52,916 nt of DNA, from assembly GCA_947588855.1 (NCBI GenBank), contig CANQBN010000001.1:1-52916 (forward strand), given 5' to 3'. Each line of letters starts with the position of its first letter. The first letter of the stretch is position 1. The stretch comes from an uncultured Lachnospiraceae bacterium. GTDB taxonomy: Bacteria > Bacillota > Clostridia > Lachnospirales > Lachnospiraceae. Below, in pieces: positions 19,463 to 28,745 of this stretch. Made by a program: the position numbers and the translations under genes. Below the pieces are notes generated by a model, which was not told the DNA's origin, searched no databases, and saw only the letters and a program-made list of their open reading frames with translations.

Positions 19463-22400
19463 TTATTTCATTTGAACCGCTCCGTTCACAATCCATGCGC
19501 CGTCATGGTTTACCTGATAATTGTCAGGCGTCGCCGTATCATGGAACATAGCGCCCCTCGTTCCGTCTTTTTCCTCGTTCATATAATAACAACAGATTTT
19601 TCCGTCAGAACCTTTAATCCATCGCCAGCCTGTGACCATATGCCCATTCTCGTCAAAATAAAACCAGTCGGACAATGACTGCCCTTTCAGCACATCCGCA
19701 TAAGGATTATAGATATAAGCCCATTCATTGCGGTAAACTTTTTCACCTGAGGAAAAACTCCAGGTATCATCCTGCCCCAATGTCCATATGCCTACTATGC
19801 CTCCCGTTAAACTGATGCCTGGTCCCGTCAGTTGTCCGGCGCCGGAAACGCTCCCGCCAGAACTGCCGGAGCCGCCATAGCTGCCAGAACTTCCGGAGCT
19901 TCCAGAACTCTGATAAGTTACTGTTTCATCTATTGTCTCAAACTGAACTGTTACCCTGCATTCTGCAGATACGACTCCATGCGTCTGATCCTCAGATGTG
20001 GCCGTTACCACTTCCTGATGAACCGCAGAACCCTCAAGTTTGGCATACGGATCCGACTGCCGCTTCTGATTATCCTCATAGATTACATTCTGAATCCACG
20101 CCGGATTACTCTGCCCTTTTTCATCGAAACGAGCCTCCACCGTACATTGATTGGTATTGTCCCCTCCCGGTGTCAAAAGAATCGACATACCGTTATCCTG
20201 ATCTTTCCAGGATACATTTTTATAAAATGGGCTCTCCGGATATAGCTGTGCCGCCAGCACTACAGGCCCCGAACTGGTTATGGTCTCCGTTGGATTTAAC
20301 CGGTATCCCGTAAGTCTTCGGGTAATTTTGATCATGGCATTACTTTGACTCATCTGAAGTCCCTCGACTCGCTTTGTCGTCTGATCTATGATCTGGAAAG
20401 ACACGGTTACTTTACAGTTGCCGTAAACCGCCTGTCTGTCGACAGACGTCGCCGGATTAGAAGTTGCCGTTACCACGGCTCTCCTTTCATAGACCGTAGG
20501 ACTGATTGCTTCCTGATACTGACTGTCAGCCTGTTTCTTTGTCTCCTCCGCAATGATTCCCTGAATGAATTCTCCGGAAATATTAGGCATGATTCCGGCA
20601 TCCTTTTCCGTGTAGCCGGATTCCGCCTCAAGATTGATCAGTTTTTCATCATCCACCGACCACAATACAGTTCTGTCAGCCGTTTCCCCGGTAACATTGT
20701 GCTCTCCATGAATCAATACCGGCTGCACCTGTACCGACGTATCCAGATTTCCATCAATGTATCTGGCAATCAGTGTACCCTCAGAATTGCGGATCTCTGT
20801 CATAATATCCGGATTCTTCCTGTCCCCGCTGCGAGTCTGTACAACAGAAATCTTTGTTTCCTGGGGCGTCATGGAAAGTACCGTAGTCACTTTTATATAT
20901 TCCGCGTTTATCTCTGTATCCCGCTCCGGCATTCGGAACGTATAGGTTCCGCCCGCAACATACGTCATGGGTACTTTCCTGCCGGCAGCGTTGATATATA
21001 CGGGAGCCTTTACACTGCCGGGTTCCGCAGGATCCGCCAGCATCTGGTAACGATCATTACCGCTGTTTTTCGGAGCTGTGACTACAGATACAGAGGTTCC
21101 AGGAGCAACCGCCGCAGGATGGTTCTTATCGATCGTCCGGTAAAACGACTGATTGCCCTCAGGCATTGCCGCAAGAGAAGCTACATCCGTGTCATAGGTC
21201 CCATTTCCGTTCCTGGCGTCAATTCTGGGAACCGACAGCAGATATCCCCGCACGGGCTGTCCCTGGGCTCCCGGCGCAAAATGATCCAGCCGGAACGGAA
21301 AACCTTCCGACATCCCTGCGGATGTAAATTCATTCTGCAGCTTTTCCGTAACAATATTCCGAATTCCCTCTTCCAGTTCCTCATAGAAAAACTTATCTGA
21401 TGAGCCAAATTCTGTCGTCCGGGATACCAGCAGATATGTCTGCTGATTGCCCAGCCAGTATCCAACATGGGCAGCTTTTGTAAATGAATTATCCCCATCC
21501 ACTTCCGAGCCTACCGCCTGTTTTGCTTTGACCGCCGTATCTGTAAACAGATATGCGAGATTATCGCCTGACGCAGTTCCATAACTGAATGATCTGTCCC
21601 CTCTTGTTCCGATAAACGTGCCCTCCCGGGCCGCTCCGCCAAGACTGGTACGCCCAATATCGCCTGCGAATCTTGCCACCATCAGGTTACCGCTTTCATA
21701 TCGGCCTGCAATGCCTCCCACAGCCTTGCTCCCATTTCCTCCGATCGTACCTTCCACATAGGAATTATAGATGTTGGTATCTTCCATAATCCCAACGATA
21801 CCTCCCACACAGCCAAGTCCCTGAATCCTGTCGGAGCTGCCGTCCCATGTTCTCACCTCATTATCTGTCATGTCACCATCGCGAACTGCTCCTGCAATTC
21901 CTCCTGCACCGCTTTGAGGATTATCTGAACGGATGGCAACTCCATCTGCCCGGCAATTCTCAATGGTCACACGGCCGCCGGCGCCATCCACGGTTCCCGC
22001 AATCCCTCCGGCATTTCCCAGAGGATTCCTCTGAACTCCTCCAATCACCTGCCGGCCTTCGCTTTCAGCAAACACATTACCGGATACGGTCACATTGTAA
22101 ATCACCGCGTCTCCTGTTATGGTTCCCGCCAGAATGCCCACATTGTCCGTTCCGCAGATTTCTGAAGCCTGAATCGTCAGATTTTTGACGGTCCCTCCGT
22201 CAATTACTCCGAACAGCCCTATCTGCGTCAGGGGTTTGTCAGCCTGAACGATCTTAAGCCCTTTGATGGTGTTACCGCCTCCGTCAAAATTTCCCTTAAA
22301 CGGAACAGTCACATTCTCACCCATTTGACTGTTATCCAGATACCAGCCTATAGGATTCCAATTACCGGAATTAATATTGAGACCTCCCAGATCCAGACTG

Positions 22401-22762
22401 CGGGTCAACTCAAAATACTGGCCTTCAAAAGTTTCTCCTTCGGCTACCGCCTGGGATAACCCCATCAGATGTGATAATGTGCGAATCTGAAAAGGCGCAT
22501 CCTCCGTTCCGTCACCGGGAAATTCCATATCTCCAGTCCAGTCATTCCACAAATCCTCCCCTTCTATCTGTCTTCTCATGGCCATGGCAGGCGTAGCAAT
22601 TCTTATTGCCTCCGATGGTGTCGCCGCTTCTTTGTCTGGCGAAACCGCAAATACCGGGATACACAGCATACCGCTTTGCAAAAAACATGCCGCCGCTGCC
22701 GCATAAAGTATGTTGTACATATACTTCTTTATTATCTTTTCTTTCTTCATAATCCTTTCCAT
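19463..22762 (-). CDS. Secreted GLUG-motif beta-helix protein with Ig-like domains and C-terminal cell-wall-binding repeats
   Basis: Signal peptide, GDGTEDAPFQI, FKGNFDGGG.TIKGL, GLFG, repeated (V/A)GGI(A/V)G, a Ser/Gly linker and WFYFDENGHMVTGW. Confidence 0.85.
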   Translation of the reverse strand: MERIMKKEKIIKKYMYNILYAAAAACFLQSGMLCIPVFAVSPDKEAATPSEAIRIATPAMAMRRQIEGEDLWNDWTGDMEFPGDGTEDAPFQIRTLSHLMGLSQAVAEGETFEGQYFELTRSLDLGGLNINSGNWNPIGWYLDNSQMGENVTVPFKGNFDGGGNTIKGLKIVQADKPLTQIGLFGVIDGGTVKNLTIQASEICGTDNVGILAGTITGDAVIYNVTVSGNVFAESEGRQVIGGVQRNPLGNAGGIAGTVDGAGGRVTIENCRADGVAIRSDNPQSGAGGIAGAVRDGDMTDNEVRTWDGSSDRIQGLGCVGGIVGIMEDTNIYNSYVEGTIGGNGSKAVGGIAGRYESGNLMVARFAGDIGRTSLGGAAREGTFIGTRGDRSFSYGTASGDNLAYLFTDTAVKAKQAVGSEVDGDNSFTKAAHVGYWLGNQQTYLLVSRTTEFGSSDKFFYEELEEGIRNIVTEKLQNEFTSAGMSEGFPFRLDHFAPGAQGQPVRGYLLSVPRIDARNGNGTYDTDVASLAAMPEGNQSFYRTIDKNHPAAVAPGTSVSVVTAPKNSGNDRYQMLADPAEPGSVKAPVYINAAGRKVPMTYVAGGTYTFRMPERDTEINAEYIKVTTVLSMTPQETKISVVQTRSGDRKNPDIMTEIRNSEGTLIARYIDGNLDTSVQVQPVLIHGEHNVTGETADRTVLWSVDDEKLINLEAESGYTEKDAGIMPNISGEFIQGIIAEETKKQADSQYQEAISPTVYERRAVVTATSNPATSVDRQAVYGNCKVTVSFQIIDQTTKRVEGLQMSQSNAMIKITRRLTGYRLNPTETITSSGPVVLAAQLYPESPFYKNVSWKDQDNGMSILLTPGGDNTNQCTVEARFDEKGQSNPAWIQNVIYEDNQKRQSDPYAKLEGSAVHQEVVTATSEDQTHGVVSAECRVTVQFETIDETVTYQSSGSSGSSGSYGGSGSSGGSVSGAGQLTGPGISLTGGIVGIWTLGQDDTWSFSSGEKVYRNEWAYIYNPYADVLKGQSLSDWFYFDENGHMVTGWRWIKGSDGKICCYYMNEEKDGTRGAMFHDTATPDNYQVNHDGAWIVNGAVQMK

Positions 22763-22771
22763 CTCCTTCCG

Positions 22772-23977
22772 TCAATCCCTCTGCGGCAGCAGGAACGCCG
22801 GCCGCAGCCCTATAGAACTCGTCACCGCAAGCTCCTGCAGCTGCGCCGCTTCAACCCCGGAAACGTTCTTCGCCTCCGAATTCTTCTCGTCCTCCTCCAG
22901 TTCCGGTTTTACCGCGCATGGATGAATACTTCCATCCTCCAGATCCACTACATATACATAGCCAGACTCCTCCTGATCCGCGCTGCTCATAGGCGAACGC
23001 AGCCAGTATCCTCTGGCAAAAGCAGAGTTGGAAGGCACCTCCGCATCCCACAGATATTCTCTGTATCGCAGAGCCTCATCTAAGGAAAAGATAAATAATT
23101 TATCCATGAGATGCTGGCTGCCCAGATTATAGGCTTCGATTGCTGCGGAATCGAACTGATCATAAGTCCCGCTTTCTGTCCTCCCTCTGTAGCCTTTAGT
23201 CACTCCGACATTAACACTGGGAGACGTCAGAAGCTGCCCTTCCTGTTCTTTCAGCCAGCCGCGGAGCCGCGACTCCTTATATTCGCTGCTGTCTCCAAAA
23301 TTCACAATGGGGCCCGGCCGGAACATATATCCATGAGTTCCGTCTTCCAAAAGCCCATATTCATAACCGGAGCCTGTATTGGCAGGAATCACAGAAGTGC
23401 ATAAAAACAGCGCCATCCCCTGATAATTCTGATCAATACAGCGAAAATGATAAGTAGTTTCTCCGATTTTCTGGGCTACGACATCACCCAGATTCCAATA
23501 GCCTTTTTCATCTTCTGACAATACCGGTTCTTCAGATCGTTCCTCCGATTCCGCCGGCTTCACTGCAAATCTTACCAGCTCGTATGAGTCTCCTTCCCAT
23601 TCTCCCTGGCAATCAGAAGTACTGGAATACTCTATGCCGGACCCAAACAGCGTCGGCAAAATACTTCCTTCCGGCGCAAAGTTTTTTCCCACCATATAAA
23701 AGACCTGCTCTTTTCCTGTTTCCATACATTGTTTTGCCATAGACATAACCCGAATATCATTCTGCGTCCTGTCTTCCGCCAGGAAACGGGTATCCGAAAT
23801 ATACTCCGGTTCTTTCCCGGTTATTTTAGACTCCTGCTCTTTGGATATCCTGAGCATTTCCTCGAGGATATTCCGGTCCATTCCGTCTGAAACGGCATAA
23901 GAAACCGAACAGGCATACAGAGCCGCGCAGGCAGTGAAAACGCCCAGCGCAGCTCCTCTCCATATTTTCTTTCTCAT
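22772..23977 (-). CDS. Secreted DUF6273-like protein
   Basis: Signal peptide after ATG 23977 (AAAGGA RBS). Motifs YKESRLRGWL, DKLFIFSLDE, YWLRSP and GLRPAF. Confidence 0.72.
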   Translation of the reverse strand: MRKKIWRGAALGVFTACAALYACSVSYAVSDGMDRNILEEMLRISKEQESKITGKEPEYISDTRFLAEDRTQNDIRVMSMAKQCMETGKEQVFYMVGKNFAPEGSILPTLFGSGIEYSSTSDCQGEWEGDSYELVRFAVKPAESEERSEEPVLSEDEKGYWNLGDVVAQKIGETTYHFRCIDQNYQGMALFLCTSVIPANTGSGYEYGLLEDGTHGYMFRPGPIVNFGDSSEYKESRLRGWLKEQEGQLLTSPSVNVGVTKGYRGRTESGTYDQFDSAAIEAYNLGSQHLMDKLFIFSLDEALRYREYLWDAEVPSNSAFARGYWLRSPMSSADQEESGYVYVVDLEDGSIHPCAVKPELEEDEKNSEAKNVSGVEAAQLQELAVTSSIGLRPAFLLPQRD

Positions 23978-24173
23978 AGAATTGTCCTTTCCTAAAACAT
24001 ATTTCATTACAGGCGACAGTCACAATCCTTCGTCAAACAATCAAAGGCACCACTCCTTCCCTGTTGGTTTTCATACTTACAAATGGTAAAATCGGGAGAA
24101 ATCCCACATACAGGAATATAGAAATTCCGAAAATCCGGCTTCGGAGAATCCTCTGCCCAGATTTGTAGTTATT

Positions 24174-24202
24174 AATATACGGCTTTTTTATCGCCCGGTC
24201 AA
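24174..24202 (-). promoter_or_regulatory. Putative SigA promoter of the three-gene surface operon
   Basis: TTGACC (24197-24202), 17-nt spacer, TATATT (24174-24179). Confidence 0.65.
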
Positions 24203-24240
24203 TAGAATTTGCCCAGTTTCTTCTTTTTTAATAATTTACA

Positions 24241-24276
24241 AAAATTAAGCAGGCGTCTTTCAACGTCCTGCCTAAT
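24241..24276 (-). terminator. Intrinsic terminator after the glgB-like gene
   Basis: Minus strand ATTAGGCAGGACGT-tgaaag-ACGCCTGCTTAAT followed by a T-run. Confidence 0.65.
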
Positions 24277-24309
24277 CCCGTGCTCTCCAAAAAAGCAGTA
24301 ATCCGATCC

Positions 24310-26250
24310 CTATTTTTCTTTCCACTTAAACACATGTATACCGTAAGGCGCCACATCAATTTTCACGGAATACATCCGGCCGTCATGCTCAGTTGTACCC
24401 GCAGATACAGGCTGCCGATTTTCCATACCGCCACCGCCGAAAGACACTGCATCGCTGGACAGGATCTCCTGCCACCATCCAGGCAAAGGCACGCCCACCT
24501 GATAATCTTTATGAACTGTCGGAGCAAAATTGCACACCACCAGAAGCGTCTCCTGAACACAGTTGCCTCTTCTTAAAAACGCGATCATATTTTCCTGTCC
24601 GCTCAGACAGTCAATCCACTCGAACCCATCCGGATGAAAATCCAGTTCATGGAGCGCCGGCTGTGAACGATACAGACCATTCAGCGTCCTTACATAGGAC
24701 TGAAGCTGGCGGCATACAGCCGTCTCATTCTCCCATGCCGGTCCCTCCCTCTCGCTCCAGCCGCTGTCCTGACCCATATCCTGGCCCATAAACAGCATCT
24801 TCTTGCCCGGATGCGTCATCCAGTACCCATATGCGGCCCGAAGGTTAGCCAGCCGCTCCGCCGCCGTGTCCCCTGGCATCCGGTTCAGCAGGGAACCCTT
24901 TTCCTTCGTCACATCGTCGTGAGTGAACCCCACAATAAAATCTTCACTGTACGCGTACAGCATACTGTAGGTCATCTGACCGTAATATCTGCTTCGCTCT
25001 GTTGGTTTTACAAACATATACCGCTGAAAATCCGTGCTCCATCCCAGATTCCATTTATAATCCAGTCCCAAAGCTCCTTCTTTCAGATCTCCCGTCACCT
25101 TGCCCCACATCTCTGATTCCTCGGCAATCAGAATAGCTCCTTTTGTGCTCTTGTGAAAAATTGATGCAAGATGCTTCAGAAACTCTATAGCTTCCAGGTT
25201 CTCATTGCCGCCGTACAGATTGGGAATCCACTGTCCGGGGCGCTTATCATAATCTAAATACAGCATAATCGCCATGGAACTGACACAAAGTCCATCCACG
25301 TGAAATTTATCTGCCCAATATAACGCATTAGCAATCAGGAAATTGGACACCTGAGGCCTTCCGTAATTAAAAAGCAGCGTCCCCCACCGGGGATTCTCCC
25401 CCTGTCTGGGATCCAGGTGCTCATAGACGCAGGTTCCGTCAAACCGGGCCAGTCCAACCTGATCTTTGGGAAAATGCGACGGCACCCAGTCGATGATAAC
25501 GCCTATATTATGACTGTGCAGATAATCCACAAAATACTGAAAATCCTCCGGCGTCCCGAAACGGCTGGTCGGAGCATAGTATCCGGTAATCTGAAATCCC
25601 CCGGACGCATCCAGCGGATGTTCCATGACCGGCAGAAGCTCAACATGAGTATATCCCATATTCTCCACATATCCGGCCAGCTTTTCAGCAAGTTCCCTGT
25701 AATTATAAAATTCACTGCCTTCCACGATACTGCCGACTTCGTCTGTCTCCGGTTCCTTTCTCATCCAGGAACCGAGATGAACCTCATAAATGGAAAGCGG
25801 ATCCTTTCTCGCATTTTTAGAAGACCGCTCTGCAAGCCATCCGGCATCGTTCCATTCATATTCGTCCACATTCCAGACTACAGACGCATTACGCGGCCGA
25901 ACCTCAGAATACGCGGCATACGGATCAGCCTTAAGGACCGTCTCTCCGTCTTCCTGCTTCACCGCGTATTTATACAAAGTCCCTGCATGCAATCCCGCAA
26001 CAAATAATTCATATACTCCGGAATCGCCTACCTTCCTCATCGGACAGCTTTGCGTATCCCAGTGATTAAATGCGCCAACCACACTGACACTGACTGCCCT
26101 GGGCGCCCATACGGCAAAATAAACTCCTGACACGCCGTCCTGTTCCGTCACATGCGCTCCTAAATTATTGTACACATCATAACAGATTCCGGCGTCAAAC
26201 GCCTTCAGCATCTCCTCCGAAACCCGCGGCGTCAATACCTGCTTCCCCAT
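24310..26250 (-). CDS. glgB: 1,4-alpha-glucan branching enzyme GlgB-like protein (GH13 with CBM48), degenerate active site
   Basis: FAVWAP, ADPYA, IYEVHLGSW, THVELLPVMEHP, DWVPSHFP and AEES are present. Conserved region II reads DGLCVSS instead of DGLRVDA. Confidence 0.88.
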   Translation of the reverse strand: MGKQVLTPRVSEEMLKAFDAGICYDVYNNLGAHVTEQDGVSGVYFAVWAPRAVSVSVVGAFNHWDTQSCPMRKVGDSGVYELFVAGLHAGTLYKYAVKQEDGETVLKADPYAAYSEVRPRNASVVWNVDEYEWNDAGWLAERSSKNARKDPLSIYEVHLGSWMRKEPETDEVGSIVEGSEFYNYRELAEKLAGYVENMGYTHVELLPVMEHPLDASGGFQITGYYAPTSRFGTPEDFQYFVDYLHSHNIGVIIDWVPSHFPKDQVGLARFDGTCVYEHLDPRQGENPRWGTLLFNYGRPQVSNFLIANALYWADKFHVDGLCVSSMAIMLYLDYDKRPGQWIPNLYGGNENLEAIEFLKHLASIFHKSTKGAILIAEESEMWGKVTGDLKEGALGLDYKWNLGWSTDFQRYMFVKPTERSRYYGQMTYSMLYAYSEDFIVGFTHDDVTKEKGSLLNRMPGDTAAERLANLRAAYGYWMTHPGKKMLFMGQDMGQDSGWSEREGPAWENETAVCRQLQSYVRTLNGLYRSQPALHELDFHPDGFEWIDCLSGQENMIAFLRRGNCVQETLLVVCNFAPTVHKDYQVGVPLPGWWQEILSSDAVSFGGGGMENRQPVSAGTTEHDGRMYSVKIDVAPYGIHVFKWKEK

Positions 26251-26302
26251 ACCATTTCCCCTCCTGAATACCGACCTTCTTTCCTATAGACAGTTTACCA
26301 TG

Positions 26303-27415
26303 TTACTCCATAACATTCAATGAAATTTCCCTATAATATGCCAGCATCAGGTCTACCATCCTGCCGTAACTCTGAACTCCGTCAGTCTGATTATTGGCTT
26401 TCAGATACACATCATTCATCTGGTTGGACACTTCCGCCACTTTTCCCTCAAACCGATTCCAGAACGCATTATTTGCCTGCAGATCTTTTACCGCCTGACC
26501 GTCCAGACGCTCATAAAGCCGGCCGTACAATTCTCCATCCTGTTTCGCCAGGGCATTACCGGCATATACCCACCCAGTCAGGTATCCGCTGTACTGAAAC
26601 GCCTCGTTTTCCGAGCTAATACAGGCCAGATATCCGATGAAATTAGCCTCATCCTCTCTCATAAATCCCCGCAGATGGGACAGTTCATGGCATATGGTAT
26701 GCGGAATATTATAATCCGTCATCTCCTGATTATAATTGGCTTCCACCGTAAATGGAGAATAGACGCCGCTAAGCTGCTGCACAGACAAAATTCTGGATAC
26801 AAGTAATCCTTTCGGTCTGGGATAATAACCGGAAAGCTGAGGATATTCACATCCCAGATGAAGCATGGCCTCCTGACCGGTCAACGTCCATGAGCGCTCA
26901 TAGACATAGTTATCCACTGTCTCATTGACCTTTTCCGTAAGATATTCACACAATGTATAAAGTTCTTCCACAGAAGAATCACGAATCTCCAGACCAAGAT
27001 AATCGGAAAACGGCCTTCTGTAATAATTGACGCCGCAGTTTGAGGTGTAAAGAAACGCCAGAAGACCTGTAACAAAAATCAAAGCGGAAGCGATCGATGC
27101 AGGACGTGATAAATGGGACAGAATATACCATATCAGCCAGATTATCCCAACATAAAGCATAATCTCCACCACTGAAATCGGAAAAATCCCGCATATCCTT
27201 CCATATATTCCCACAATCATGGTATATATCCCCTGCGCGTACCACTCGCCAAATCCGGGAAGCAGCCTGGCTGCCGCCTGAAGACTACAGGCCAGCGCAA
27301 GAAAAATCAGCCCCGCGGCAAGAAACGCGGCGTTTCTTCGGCCGTCTGCCTTCTCTCTGTCAAAATGATTTTTTTCCACTGCATTTTTCACTCTTATCTC
27401 CGGCCTTTCCTTCAT
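26303..27415 (-). CDS. DUF3810-family membrane protein, putative zincin (HExxH)
   Basis: N-terminal TM helices, NYYR, GVYSPFTVEANYN and CHELSHLRGFMREDEANF. Confidence 0.8.
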   Translation of the reverse strand: MKERPEIRVKNAVEKNHFDREKADGRRNAAFLAAGLIFLALACSLQAAARLLPGFGEWYAQGIYTMIVGIYGRICGIFPISVVEIMLYVGIIWLIWYILSHLSRPASIASALIFVTGLLAFLYTSNCGVNYYRRPFSDYLGLEIRDSSVEELYTLCEYLTEKVNETVDNYVYERSWTLTGQEAMLHLGCEYPQLSGYYPRPKGLLVSRILSVQQLSGVYSPFTVEANYNQEMTDYNIPHTICHELSHLRGFMREDEANFIGYLACISSENEAFQYSGYLTGWVYAGNALAKQDGELYGRLYERLDGQAVKDLQANNAFWNRFEGKVAEVSNQMNDVYLKANNQTDGVQSYGRMVDLMLAYYREISLNVME

Positions 27416-27520
27416 TCTGTCCTCATCTTTTAGTCATACGGATGTTCTATGCCTCCATAAAAGTATAACACAGCAACCTGACAGCCGCATAAATTTTTTC
27501 TTACCTTTTTCTAAAACCCC

Positions 27521-27549
27521 TTGCAGAAACGCTGGAAGTCATTTACACT
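27521..27549 (+). promoter_or_regulatory. Putative SigA promoter of lepB
   Basis: TTGCAG, 17-nt spacer, TACACT. Confidence 0.55.
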
Positions 27550-27587
27550 TATAAACATGTGCATAGAAAGAAGGTCTTAAAAAGCAT

Positions 27588-28229
27588 ATGAAGAATGTCA
27601 AGTCTCAGAAGGAGAAAGACGACCAGCCGTTCAACTGGAAAGCAGAGCTTATCAGCTGGTTACAGATTCTCGTAACAGCTGCCGCTATTGCTTTTGTTTT
27701 AGATACCTTTATTATCGCCAACAGCCGGGTTCCCACTGCTTCCATGGAAAACACGATCATGACGGGAGACCGGGTCATCGGTTCCCGCCTTACTTACTAT
27801 TTTAATCAGCCGGAGAGAGGCGATATCGCTATTTTTGTATTCGGATATTCCTGCCGCGGCTGCCGCGCCCAGTATCAGGAAACGCCGGATGGCGTCTGCC
27901 CAAACTGCGGACGGTCTGACCGGCGCAATACTACCATTTATTATGTAAAGCGTGTCATTGGTCTTCCCGGAGACGTGGTCGATATCCACGACGGACACGT
28001 ATATCTGAATGGCTCCGCCGAACCTTATGATGAGCCTTATCTGGCGGAGGATATGGCGACTCCCTACGCGCTTCATTATGAAGTGCCGGAAGACTGCTAT
28101 TTTATGATGGGCGACAATCGCAATTACTCTCTGGATGCCAGGTTCTGGGATAATCCCTATATCTCGGAGGATAAGATTCTCGCCAAGGTTCTGTTCCGAT
28201 ATTTCCCGAGAATAGGAACCATACGGTAA
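27588..28229 (+). CDS. lepB: Signal peptidase I with a Zn-ribbon-like insert
   Basis: TM helix, VPTASMENT (catalytic Ser), RGDI, YVKRVIGLPGD (catalytic Lys), MGDNRNYSLDAR. Confidence 0.95.
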   Translation: MKNVKSQKEKDDQPFNWKAELISWLQILVTAAAIAFVLDTFIIANSRVPTASMENTIMTGDRVIGSRLTYYFNQPERGDIAIFVFGYSCRGCRAQYQETPDGVCPNCGRSDRRNTTIYYVKRVIGLPGDVVDIHDGHVYLNGSAEPYDEPYLAEDMATPYALHYEVPEDCYFMMGDNRNYSLDARFWDNPYISEDKILAKVLFRYFPRIGTIR

Positions 28230-28267
28230 CTGACCGTTTTACGGCAGTTCACCCCATATATCTTCAC

Positions 28268-28313
28268 AAAATACAAAAAACGCGTCACTGGCGCGTTTTT
28301 TGCATACTGACGT
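28268..28313. repeat. 46-bp intergenic hairpin repeat, copy B; may also be a bidirectional terminator
   Basis: caaaaaacgcgtca-c-tggcgcgttttttg lies between the convergent lepB and ridA genes and matches 5887-5932. Confidence 0.7.
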
Positions 28314-28330
28314 CTTTTGTTGTCTGACCG

Positions 28331-28708
28331 TCAGTCTTCCCGATATGCCAAGGCCTCAATCTCGCACAATACGCCTTTAGGCAGGTCCTTTACTGCCACA
28401 CAGGAACGGGCCGGCCTGCTCACGAAATATTTCTCATAAACTCCGTTGAACCTGGGGAAATCGGCAATATCCGCCAGGAAGCAGGTAGTCTTGACTACCT
28501 TTTCCATGGAAGAACCTGCCGCCTCCAGAACCGCCGCTACATTTTTACATGACTGTTCTGTCTGCTCTTCAATAGACGGACCCGCAACCTCGCCGGTAGC
28601 AGGAACCACAGGAATCTGTCCGGATGAGAACACAAGATTACCGAGAATCATTCCCTGGGAATAGGGTCCGATTGCCGCCGGAGCGTTATTTGTAACAATT
28701 TTTTCCAT
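28331..28708 (-). CDS. ridA: RidA/YjgF family enamine deaminase
   Basis: APAAIGPYSQ, SGQIP, VVKTTCFL, PARSCVAV..LP, EIE. Start at ATG 28708 after a GGAG RBS. Confidence 0.93.
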   Translation of the reverse strand: MEKIVTNNAPAAIGPYSQGMILGNLVFSSGQIPVVPATGEVAGPSIEEQTEQSCKNVAAVLEAAGSSMEKVVKTTCFLADIADFPRFNGVYEKYFVSRPARSCVAVKDLPKGVLCEIEALAYRED

Positions 28709-28745
28709 TTTGATTTCTCCTTTTTCTCTATAAATTAATTTATTT

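Noticed and set aside
19850-19912. Ser/Gly repeat SSGSSGSSGSYGGSGSSGGS
   Set aside because: Ordinary flexible linker before the cell-wall-binding repeats. It is not a perfect DNA tandem repeat.
20345-21400. 351-aa plus-strand ORF
   Set aside because: Antisense to the GLUG protein, with no domain signature.
22772-23100. Possible DGR variable region, since the YWLRSP...GLRPA C-terminus resembles C-type-lectin-fold DGR targets
   Set aside because: I found no template repeat with adenine-specific differences and no reverse transcriptase in the window. A remote DGR cannot be excluded.
24154-24216. Direct repeat tgcccag flanking the operon promoter
   Set aside because: Only 7 bp and two copies, compatible with chance.
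7368-24240. Calling the surface operon an intact ICE or other mobile element
   Set aside because: No integrase, relaxase, T4SS gene or att-like direct repeat was seen.
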